From Octopus sinensis (taxonomy: Eukaryota), in NCBI RefSeq assembly GCF_006345805.1, contig NW_021825199.1, positions 1 to 16,142 of the forward strand: 16,142 bases of DNA, given 5' to 3'. Both the position numbers and the translations under genes were made by a program. Below, piece after piece: positions 1 to 8,909 of the stretch (positions are counted from its first letter, which is position 1; each line of letters opens with the position of its first letter). Under the pieces are notes generated by a model. That model did no database searches, was not told the DNA's origin, and was given only the letters and a program-made list of their open reading frames with translations.

Positions 1-16
1 CACACACACACACATT

Positions 17-196
17 CCCCACTAGAGAGGACGTTGGTCAGCCAAATGATTACTCATTCTTATCAGCAGAATGAACTTCAGCCTCGTAAAATGTAATGTT
101 TCGCTCAAGAACACGCTGCGTCGATCGACCTTGGAATCGAAACCGCAATCTTACGATGATGAGTACAGCACCCTGACTACTAGGCCACACGCCTCC
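17..196 (-). mobile_element. tRNA-derived SINE, family C, diverged copy 1
   Basis: Minus strand starts GGAGGCGTGTGGCCTAGTAGTCAGGG (A-box-like), then GGTTTCGATTCC (B-box-like). Similar to 12935-13118 (shared caatcttacgat, taggccac, gcctcc). Confidence 0.7.
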
Positions 197-308
197 GCAA
201 AACAACACACACACACACGTATTTACAGGTTGTGATGATAGTCGTTACAGCAGTGGTGGTGGTGGTGGAGGTGGTGTTTATAATTGTAATATGATGGTGA
301 TGATGATG

Positions 309-520
309 GTTAGCACGCCGGGCGAAATGCGTAGCCGTAATTCGTCTGCCGTTACGTTCTGAGTTCAAATTCCGCCGAGGTCGACTTTACCTTTCATCCA
401 TTCGAGGTCGATAAATTAAGTACCAGTTATGTACTGGGGGCGATGTAATCGACTTAATCCGTTTGTTTGTCCTTGTTTGTCCTCTCTGTGTTTAGCTTCT
501 TGTGGGTAGTAAAGAAATAG
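309..520 (+). mobile_element. tRNA-derived SINE, family A, lacking the first ~20 nt
   Basis: Near-colinear with 7559-7768: B box GAGTTCAAATTCC, central gccgaggtcgacttt..ctttcatcc..ggtcgataaattaagtacc domain, and the same tail ending ttgtgggtagtaaagaaata. Confidence 0.9.
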
Positions 521-689
521 ATAATGACAACAATGGCTGTTACGATGAGGTGGTAGGGATGAGGGTGGCCATGGTGGGAGGGTATGTTGGTGATTTTCGT
601 GGAATTTGCAAGCGTGGTCAGGTTGGTATTTGTTTGGTTACTTAATATTACTCGAAATGGTAGAACATATATATATATAATATGTATGG

Positions 690-702
690 TGTGGTGTGTG
701 TG

Positions 703-735
<33 letters not shown>

Positions 736-841
736 GGCGGAGGCAGCGATGATAGTAATGATTGGGGGGGGGGTTATGGTGGTAGTGGTGGTGGCTTTGG
801 TGGTTGTTATAGTGGGAGTAATTGTGGTGGGGTTACTGTTG

Positions 842-873
<32 letters not shown>

Positions 874-992
874 GGTGGAAGTGGTGGTAGTGGTAGTGGT
901 GGTGATGATAATAACAATAATGACGATAGCGGTAGTGAAGGTGGTGTTGGTATTGGTGATGGCGATAATAATGACGCTGCTAGTGGTGGTGG

Positions 993-1025
<33 letters not shown>
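690..1025. repeat. Compound microsatellite / low-complexity tract: (GT)n, (GGT)n, (GTT)n, (GAT)n
   Basis: Seen directly; explains the poly-V/poly-T/poly-G/poly-D ORFs at 454-1123. Confidence 0.95.
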
Positions 1026-1250
1026 CGATCGTGGAAAGGTGCCGTGTATGTGACATTTCACCATTCATGCCAGCCCCTCGTCCCTATGTCGCCAGTGTTG
1101 TCAACAGTTATATATTTATCTAATCTGACACCGCATCAACTCTTACCGGTCGCACACCCGACCCACACACTCCCATCAACCGCAAGCATTACTTTTTATT
1201 GCAAGTACCCATTCACATTTAACCACCATACACACACACTTGTCGTCATA

Positions 1251-1285
<35 letters not shown>

Positions 1286-1480
1286 AATTACATACACTCA
1301 CATTGCACACACCTACAGGCTGCCGCACTATCAGATGTATGTGTTTGCAAATATATATATATATTCATTAGCAAAGCTTACTGATAACCTGTTGTTCGGT
1401 GATACGTAACCCGGAGGCTTCGTCTTAGCGTAGCGTGTGTCGAGGGCAGGATGTCAACTTGATGAAACTCATCTTTCTCG

Positions 1481-1546
1481 CTCTCTCTCTCTCTCCCCCT
1501 CTCTCCCCCCCTCTCTCCCTCCCTCTCTCTTTCTCTGTCTGCTTGC

Positions 1547-1588
<42 letters not shown>

Positions 1589-1753
1589 ATACATACACAC
1601 ACATATATATATACATATAACTATATATATCAGTCTCTCGCTCACTCACACACCACTTCTCATCTTCTATATCTCTTTCTGTGCTTCTGTATTCCTATAC
1701 AGACTATACATATATGCACACATACATCATATATATATGTGTGTGTGTGTGTC

Positions 1754-1792
<39 letters not shown>

Positions 1793-1900
1793 CTATATAT
1801 ATAATATATATATGAATTAATAAATAAATAAAACACATGCATATATACATACATATATGTACGTACCTACCTCTACATGTATATATACATGCATATAGGG
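1481..1900. repeat. Compound microsatellite: (CT)n, (CTGT)n, (TA)n, (CA)n
   Basis: Seen directly. Confidence 0.95.
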
Positions 1901-2069
1901 TACAGACACCAAAAAAACGTCGAACACAATGAGAAACGAAAACATAACACAAAACCAAGAAAAGACATGTTTCTTAAAAAACGAAAAAATAAAGTACAGG
2001 ACATACAAACAGGAAAATTCCCCTTCTTCAGTCGCCTTTGTTTCATCTACTCCTCGTGTCGAAGGTTTG

Positions 2070-2280
2070 TTATTTGTGTCTGTTTGTGCCCCACCATTGC
2101 TTGACAACCGATGCTGGTGTTTACGTCCGTAACCTAGCGGTTTGTCAAAAAAGACCAATAGAATAAATACTAGGCTAACAAAAAATAAGTCCTGGGGTCG
2201 ATTTGTTCGACTAAAGGTGGTGCTCCAGCATGGCCGCAGTCAAATGACTGAAACAAGTAAAAGAATAAAAGAATAAAAGA
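2070..2280 (+). mobile_element. SINE family B, 3' half
   Basis: gcttgacaaccgatgctggtgt...gaataaatactaggc...ggggtcgatttgttcgactaaaggtggtgctccagcatggccgcagtcaaatgactgaaacaagtaaaagaataaaaga. Matches the reverse complement of 6081-6224 and of the 3' part of 15705-16116; ends in a short tandem (AAAGAATA) tail. Confidence 0.85.

Positions 2281-2281
<1 letters not shown>

Positions 2282-2351
<70 letters not shown>
2282..2351. repeat. (TA)n microsatellite
   Basis: Seen directly. Confidence 0.98.
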
Positions 2352-2353
<2 letters not shown>

Positions 2354-2700
2354 AGTGAAGAGAGAGAAGGAGGGAGTTAATGTAAGGGATCCGGGAATTC
2401 AGGCGGTTACCTCAGTGAGCATTTCTTCAAATACCAGCCAACAGAATATATATATATTATATAACAAGTACAGTGTTTTCAGTAGAAATTTCTGGGGAAG
2501 TTTCCTTCAATCTCATAGTATAACATAACCAGTGAAGAGTGGAGGCGCTGATATTACATTTATTCATCGGTTACAGCTGTTTCAACGACATATGGGTAAT
2601 AAATCATTTAACATTTTGTAACAATTATTATGCAACATTGATTATATAATAATGATTATGTAATTAAAGATCGTTATCATTTCATCAAGGCTAGTTTGCA
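2351..2700 (-). mobile_element. Penelope-like pLTR-type remnant carrying a degenerate hammerhead ribozyme
   Basis: Minus strand has TTGATGA...GAAACAGCTGTA, then ~220 nt sharing colinear motifs with 4913-5115, ending in (TA)n. Confidence 0.5.
2566..2692 (-). ncRNA. Degenerate type I hammerhead ribozyme
   Basis: Minus strand: UUGAUGA (2688-2682; C3 changed to U), stem II AAUGAUA/UGUCGUU (2681-2675 with 2590-2584), GAAA (2583-2580), C-AGCU-G stem/loop III, then UA. Stem I is poorly paired. Confidence 0.55.
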
Positions 2701-2840
2701 TAAATTAATAAGCAAACATCTTGTATGAATTCACCTACATATACGTAGAAACAGGATTTAGTGGGAAGTGTTCATGTTTTTACAGGACGGAAGAGTTTCT
2801 GATCTGCGTCACTCCTTTTTATGCTTGAGTTGTAAAGACG

Positions 2841-3172
2841 AGTGGTTCTTAACCTTTTTTTTTCTATAGACTCCTTTGATTATTATTTTATTCAGGTGGA
2901 TCCCCATAACCATTCGATGTTTAAAAACTACTTTTATTGATACTTCTTCCAAAATTCCTATTTTGTTAATCACACATTAATTTTTATAGGCTGAACTATG
3001 TAAAACGGTCAGGGAAAGAAACCTAGTAATTAGCTCCCTGCAATAAATACATCTCAGGTCAAAATTTTTACGAACTCATAAAGCACTACTGTGGATCCAA
3101 TGTAGTATTTCTCCTGTGAGAACCCCCCCACTCCCACTCCCACAAAATCTTATTTGGACCCCATCGAGACTG
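2841..3172. mobile_element. Probable hAT (Charlie-like) MITE, decayed
   Basis: Left end agtggttcttaacctttttt resembles the Charlie-type terminus CAGTGGTTCTCAACC. Internal ggaccc-like motifs; right end tggaccccatcgagactg is a possible eroded TIR. No 8-bp TSD identified. Confidence 0.45.
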
Positions 3173-3782
3173 GATATAGTGTTTACCATTTCAATTTATC
3201 CCTGTCTCACTCCCTTATTTTTCTCACTTTTACTTCTTCTTTTCCGTCCATACTATTTGTTTCTCTCTATGATCGTTAAGATTTTGTTTTGAAACAATTC
3301 TAGACACGCGTATCTCAGTTGATTTATCATAGTCTGTACTATGATACGCAGTTTTAATGTTTAATCTCTTCGACCAGACAACTATCTGAATATGCAGATT
3401 AATTAATGCATCCATTTTCTAAAATGAACTTGTCAAGTGATACAGTAAAAACCGTCATCTTTGCTATTTCCTTTCATTTGCACTTGTAAGGGAAACTCGA
3501 CCCCTTTCTCCAATCAGTAACATAGAATATTCATTTATTATATAAAGCTGCCGTAAAGTCACTGTAGAGGCTACCTAGATTTTCACATTACTGCTTTTGA
3601 TGCATTTTGAATATAGAGAATTGGACGTTTCATCAAGGTTAGAAATCGACAGAGAAAGGAATCACATCTCAATGGATTGAGTAGACCCAGCATTAAATTC
3701 AGACGTGTGTGCGTGCGAATACTAATGCTTTTAAAAAACTGTTACTTATGTATATGCGATTTTGTTTTATCATTTAATTGTA

Positions 3783-4001
3783 AGGCGGAGAGCTGGCAGA
3801 ACCGTTAGAACGCCGGGCGAAATGCTTAGTGGTATTTCGTCTGTCACTACGTTCTGAGTTCAAAATCCGCCGAGGTCGACTTTGCCTTTCATCCTTTTCA
3901 GAGTCAATAAAATAAGTACCAGTTGCGTACATGGGTCGATGTAATCGACTATCCCCCTCCCCCAAATTTCAGGCCTTGTGCCTATAGTAGAAAGGATAAT
4001 T
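3783..4001 (+). mobile_element. tRNA-derived SINE, family A, full length, tail type 2
   Basis: A box TGGCAGAACCG, B box GAGTTCAAAATCC, shared central domain. 11-bp TSD atttaattgta at 3772-3782 and 4002-4012. Confidence 0.92.
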
Positions 4002-4124
4002 ATTTAATTGTATTTGTGTGCGTCTTAATATATTTGAAAAACAAAAGAACCGTTAGTTTGCAAAAACAATACCTTCGATACAGTTAACTGTAAGTAAAAC
4101 GATTTATACTTAAATTTTCACTAA

Positions 4125-4440
4125 CACTATCTTCTCCGAGACCCTGCGGCGCAAGTTGACCAAAATTGAGAGTATGATAGAAGGAGGCTTGCTCTTCCTT
4201 CCGTAAAAGAAAAAATTTAAATCAGACCATGTTAACATCAAAAAGGTGCTTTTTTTCTATGAAAATCCCTATTTTTTACGATTTTTTCACTGCTGTGTCG
4301 CCATTTTTCGGTGTATTTCAACTAGAAAAATGCTAACTTAAAGAGAATAACAAGCTACATAATGCAAATCTTTTACTTTTCAAAAATTCCAATTCTAAAG
4401 GGTCGAAACAAACCCGAGCAACGCCGGGCGATACTGCTAG
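4125..4440 (+). mobile_element. Non-autonomous Helitron, 3' portion (5' boundary uncertain)
   Basis: Subterminal hairpin cccgagc-aac-gccggg (4413-4428), then CTAG (4437-4440) and host T. The last 34 nt are identical to 14147-14180. Confidence 0.75.
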
Positions 4441-4450
4441 TTTATATATA

Positions 4451-4966
4451 TATAAGTAAATAAATGGAGTTGAACGCAGGTGTTATTCAAATTCTTAGAG
4501 CGATCTTACAAATGTAAGCACTGGCAGAAACATACCTTTATCTCATATAAGTGATTTATACCAGTCTGTATAGTTTGAACATTTAGTTCACCTTGCACTT
4601 TACTTCAATAGAGAAATCTACTTCCAAGCCTTTGAACATTTTTTCAACCAATATATCCCTCCTTATTTGTTCTCTACTTATTATTTCTTTATCCCTTCTC
4701 TTCCTAGGGTCTGCCTTTGACGTCGGATCTACTAACGGTTTTTTTTTTAAATTACTTAATAGCGTTCTGTTTATCATTTATGCAGTCATCAAAATTGTTA
4801 TAATGTCTTGTTGTTGAGCTAGGTTCTCTTTCTTTCCTGATGAGAAGATTACATTATTTTACACCGTTTATTCCTTTGGAATAAAACCAATGTTGTCTTC
4901 GAAACATATGTCGAAAGTAAAAGAATTTGAATAACACCTGCGCTCAACTCCATTTATTTGCTTATA
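4451..4966. repeat. 46-bp inverted repeat pair (4451-4496 and 4921-4966)
   Basis: tataagtaaataaatggagttgaacgcaggtgttattcaaattctt vs the reverse complement of aagaatttgaataacacctgcgctcaactccatttatttgcttata; 2 mismatches. Confidence 0.95.
4824..4925 (+). ncRNA. Type I hammerhead ribozyme (PLE-type, minimal palindromic stem III)
   Basis: Stem I ctttc/gaaag (extends to 11 of 13 pairs), CUGAUGA 4837-4843, stem II gaagattacatt/aatgttgtcttc, GAAA 4901-4904, C-AUAU-G 4905-4910, GUC triplet 4910-4912. Predicted cleavage after C4912. Confidence 0.88.
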
Positions 4967-5111
4967 CTATACAAATTACTGCACATTAACCCGGAGTTTC
5001 TACCTTTGAATAGGTCGCTACATCCTTGTTACTTGCGTGAATTTTGTTACCCTGGTAACTGTTTATTGAATTTTCCATGTTAACGGTAAACAAAGGATAA
5101 TTCATTCATCC

Positions 5112-5114
<3 letters not shown>

Positions 5115-5168
<54 letters not shown>

Positions 5169-5510
5169 GTTGCTCGAACAACTGAATCCTCATCGTTAAA
5201 CGACGGAGATCCACTAATTTATTACTCTACGAATTCTGCTTTTGGATCGGGTTGATGTTTGTGTGTGTGTATGTGTGCTCCCGTGTGTGTGTGTATGCAT
5301 ACCCACATAAGCAAGCATACACACACACACTGGCACACAAATTTACACAAGCCGCTTATCTATACATTTGTATATATATATATACATGCGCATAAATATG
5401 TGTGAATATATATGTATATATGTATGTAAGTGTGTGTGCGTGTATGCACGCACACATGTGTAATATATATATATATATATATATATTGTGTATGTATTTA
5501 TGTATGTATC
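5115..5510. repeat. (TA)n / (TG)n / (CA)n microsatellite cluster with short unique spacers
   Basis: Seen directly. Confidence 0.9.
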
Positions 5511-5673
5511 GGGCGCAAAATTACAACTCCCGTGTTCCGGTCCCTAAAAAGCATCGTATTACTTAAGTTTATAAATTTTCCTAACAGAAATGGCATGAAA
5601 AGCACGTAAGAAGCAACAAAATAGTGTCAATGAAAAATTATACTGTAAAAAAGATAAAGACCTCACATTTGAC

Positions 5674-5770
5674 CTCTCTCTCTCTCTCTCTCTCTCTCTA
5701 TTGATCTATTTCTGTCTCTCTCTTTCTGTCTGTCACTCTCTCCCTCTCCCTTTCTTTCTCTCTCTCTCTC
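5674..5770. repeat. (CT)n-rich tract
   Basis: Seen directly. Confidence 0.95.
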
Positions 5771-6080
5771 ACTATCTCCTTCCTCTAGATCTCGTCAAAA
5801 GGATGAATATTCCAGTTGTTCGGACAACTAAACCAAATACACAATGATGTAGAGTAAAAAGTGCTGAATAATCAACACACACTTGTACCTTAAACATAAT
5901 TTCTAGGAAGGAATTGTATGATTGCGTGTGTGTTATTTGTATGTGTGTGTGTGTGTGTGTGGCAAGGCTAGACCTTTGGATTACGGAGAGAGTCTATACC
6001 AGAAACAGAGTTAGAAAATGGGTAACAAAGGAGCAGTGTGTCTCATAGATAATTTGGGTGACAGAAAGAGAGAAATAGGT

Positions 6081-6224
6081 ATTCTTTATTCTTTTATTCT
6101 TTCACTTGTTTCAATCATTTGACTGAGGCCATCCTGGAGCACTGCCTTCAAAGGTTTCCATCGAACAAATCGACCACAGGACTTATTTTTAAGGCCTAGT
6201 ACTTATTCTATCGATCTCTTTGGC
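6081..6224 (-). mobile_element. SINE family B, 3' fragment
   Basis: Reverse complement aligns to ~2140-2280 (cacttgtttcaatcatttgactg, ctggagcac, tcgaacaaatcgacc, cctagtacttattcta). Confidence 0.85.
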
Positions 6225-7001
6225 AGTAATTACACCTTGAATTCTACGAGGTATGGACTCGTACAAAGTTTGAATTGTTTCCAAATGAATTGTTGTTCAT
6301 TCTTCAGCTAAAACAGTCTCCAGTTCTTGTAGTGACGATGGTGGAGGATAGCGACTCCTTACTTGTTTTTCTAAAATGCATCATAAATGTCCAATAATAG
6401 TGAGATATGGGGACTGTAGTGGTTAGATAAGATGTTCAACTTCACTAGAATGCTCCTCGTGCCATTCAGTAACAACATTAGATGTGTGAGTTGGTGCATT
6501 ATCATCCTGAAAGATTGCATTTCCCTCCGCAAACAGTTCCACGACCATAGCATGAATTTGATCAGTTAAAATGCTTAAATAGTCTTGACTATTAATTTTG
6601 CCATGAAGGGAAACCATTGGGCCGACGGATTTCCGAGATATAGCCGCCCAGATCATCACAGATGGAAGAAAGCAGTCTGGCTCAAATGCTTCTTTTGGCT
6701 GTCCCCACACTTATATTCGGCCGGTGGTTGGAAATAAGGTAAAAGATGACTCATCCGAGAAAATAACATTCTTTCACTGCTCTAGGGACCAATTCTGTAG
6801 GTTTTTTCTCCACTCTAAACGCTTTGCAACGTTTATTTTGAAAGTAGTGGTTTTCTGATTGCAGCCCTCTCGTGAAATTCGGTTTTGTGCAGCTCCGTGC
6901 CAACTGTTTTTGTGGAAACTCGGTTCTCGAGGTGGTCATTAAGCTCTGCAGTAATTTTAGGAGCTGTACTTTTGTGATCCTTTCTAACGATTGGCGTAAG
7001 A
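6219..7001 (-). pseudogene. Tc1/mariner-superfamily transposase pseudogene (DD36E spacing)
   Basis: Translation across stops and one frameshift: ...VSTKTVGTELHKTEFHERAAIRKPLLSK / AKRLEWRK..W...*KNVIFSDESSF...SVMIWAAIS...FQDDNAPTHT...*PLQSPYLTIIGHL*...LYESIPRRIQGVITAK. These are hallmark Tc1 motifs; no TIRs found. Confidence 0.92.
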
Positions 7002-7119
7002 TTAGCTACAGATTTTTGCAGTCAGTTGTGGAATGCGGCATATTCATATTGTTTAGTTTATTATTTTGTGATATTTGTGTCTGAGATGTAAGTGTTTTCA
7101 AGTATTTTGGCAAATAAAC

Positions 7120-7500
7120 TGGTATTAATAACTAAAGGATAATACTGGAATTGAAAGACTACATGGACATGCAAGGGGCAAAGCTTGTTGCTAAGGCAAA
7201 CTTCAACAGTTCTATTTCCTATCACAAAATGGAAAACCACGTTCACATACCCGGGTACAAATAAAACACTCCCAGAGCATTACTGCAACAGCGTTCTAAA
7301 ACATTATCTCTCCTTCTCAACTGAGACAAGCACGAGGAACACATACACAAATAGTTACAACACTCAATAATAACCTCACAAGCATCAAACATTACGTAGG
7401 GTTGCACATCACCAGAGATGGAGTGGATCAGCAGTCACGGTCTGAGTGAATCCATTATGGCTATCTCCATCACGGACTCTACAAGAATCTACTGCGTGCA
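7120..7500 (+). pseudogene. Possible decayed LINE ORF2 APE-endonuclease N-terminal fragment
   Basis: GINN*RIILELKDYMDMQGAKLVA...HIPGYK resembles the N-x-x-G...K..EL.....IPGY pattern of LINE endonucleases. Pattern recognition only. Confidence 0.3.
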
Positions 7501-7536
7501 AGAATTTGTATGTAAGCATATTATATTAAATATATA

Positions 7537-7769
7537 GAGGGCGGCGAGCTGGCAGAAACGTTAGCACGCCGGGCGAAATGCGTAGCCGTATTTCGTCTGC
7601 CGTTACGTTCTGAGTTCAAATTCCGCCGAGGTGGACTTTGTCTTTCATCCTTTCAGGGTCGATAAATTAAATACCACTTACGCCTGGGGTCGATATAATC
7701 GACTTAATCCGTTTGTCTGTCCTTGTTTGTCCCCTCTGTGTTTAGCCCCTTGTGGGTAGTAAAGAAATA
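7537..7769 (+). mobile_element. tRNA-derived SINE, family A, full length, tail type 1
   Basis: A box TGGCAGAAACG 7550-7560, B box GAGTTCAAATTCC 7612-7624. 15-bp TSD tatattaaatatata at 7522-7536 and 7770-7784. Confidence 0.95.
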
Positions 7770-7785
7770 TATATTAAATATATAT

Positions 7786-8606
7786 AACAAAATTTTCTAT
7801 AAATACTGCTTAGAGACAGAATTTTTCTCACGGGGTGGAAAGAGGGGTTTTGGAAAACTCACATGGTCTAACTTTTTTCCCCTCATAACTTTCAGGAAGA
7901 TGGGTATCTTTTAATGAAAATTTATACAAATCCCTTTCAAACGGTATAGATTAAGATTAAAAAGAAATTTGTGGGGAAAATTTTTTCAGGGATTCCCTCA
8001 TTTCTTTAAAACCACAGCCTTCGAAATGATGAGGTGGATGTGGGGGCGTCTTTGTATGAAAAAAGTTTTGCAAACTCTTTTTTTCACCCTTCCTTCATCA
8101 TCTCACACTCCGGACCTATTTTAGCCAATTTTTTTTTTTTTTTGCATTTCAAAACCATGGGAAGAACATTTTCGGTAGAATTTAAAAAAAAAATTGTTAA
8201 TATTTTCAGAGGGAAAAGTGAGTGATTTAAGGGCGATTTGGCTGTTGTTTCTAGCATATCTAAAGACAAACATCCTCGTTTCTTTATCATCACGCCCGTA
8301 TGGAGGGTTTTCAATATCCCACTCCCATATAAATACATTCATATGCTATAAAAAAGAAAATTCGAGAAATTATGAATTTTTTGCAACCCCACTCCCTGTC
8401 CCCGATTGTTTTTGTTTAGAAATTAAAATATTGGAGAGCCTGAGAAGGTCATTGCTGGCATTTATCCACAGTGACAAAACTTCGCAAAAGTAATGCAGCA
8501 CGAGGTTTTGTCAGTGAACAGCAAACACACACACACACACACACACACATACACACACACACGCGCGCGCGCGGGCACACATTCATTGCCTTTCATTTGA
8601 GTGTAT
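7786..8606. mobile_element. Possible non-autonomous rolling-circle (Helitron/DINE-like) element
   Basis: Homopolymer-rich body with a subterminal (CA)n microsatellite near one end, a layout like 13809-14179 in reverse. Diagnostic termini were not identified. Confidence 0.3.
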
Positions 8607-8909
8607 GTCTGCGCCAGTGCGTCACTGTTGAAGTCGCTCGTTCTACTTGTTTGTGTGTATATTGGCTTAGTGGTACAGAGTGTTTGGAAACTGTGAATAA
8701 GGTGCAAGTTTCGAGTACTTGTCGGTAACTTTTTTCTCCTCGTCTTCTAATAGTAATTACCCAACTTTCTAGGCTCTTCCCGTAGCTATCCCGCGTTCAA
8801 AAATTATACGGATATTTTAAAATTTTTGATTCAATAAATAATAAATACATTAACAGAATTATAAATAATAAATTACGTGTACATTAATAGAATAAACTGT
8901 CGGTTTTCC

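Larger units (their letters stand above)
4451..5115 (+). mobile_element. Non-autonomous Penelope-like element / pLTR-derived insertion with hammerhead ribozyme and inverted partial repeat
   Basis: Bounded by (TA)n on both sides. 46-bp inverted repeat 4451-4496 / 4921-4966 (44/46 match); intact hammerhead core at 4824-4925. No RT or GIY-YIG ORF seen. Confidence 0.7.

Noticed and set aside
454-1123. Long overlapping ORFs (204, 179, 123 aa), including a Gly/Asp-rich one
   Set aside because: They arise from stop-free trinucleotide microsatellites open in several frames on both strands, with no domain-like sequence.
2015-2066. Minus-strand CUGAAGA motif as a possible third hammerhead
   Set aside because: No correctly placed GAAA with a closing stem II (nearest candidate reads GACA); topology cannot be built.
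4583-4817. Short ORFs (64 aa minus, 74 aa plus) inside the ribozyme element
   Set aside because: No recognisable RT, GIY-YIG or other motif.
4451-4966. Interpretation as a MITE with 46-bp TIRs
   Set aside because: Not fully excluded, but the right arm is followed by ~150 nt sharing motifs with the second hammerhead element, and the internal ribozyme fits a Penelope-like origin better.
7540-7630. Possible genuine tRNA gene
   Set aside because: A/B boxes are present but there is no canonical cloverleaf or poly-T terminator; it continues into SINE body with TSDs.
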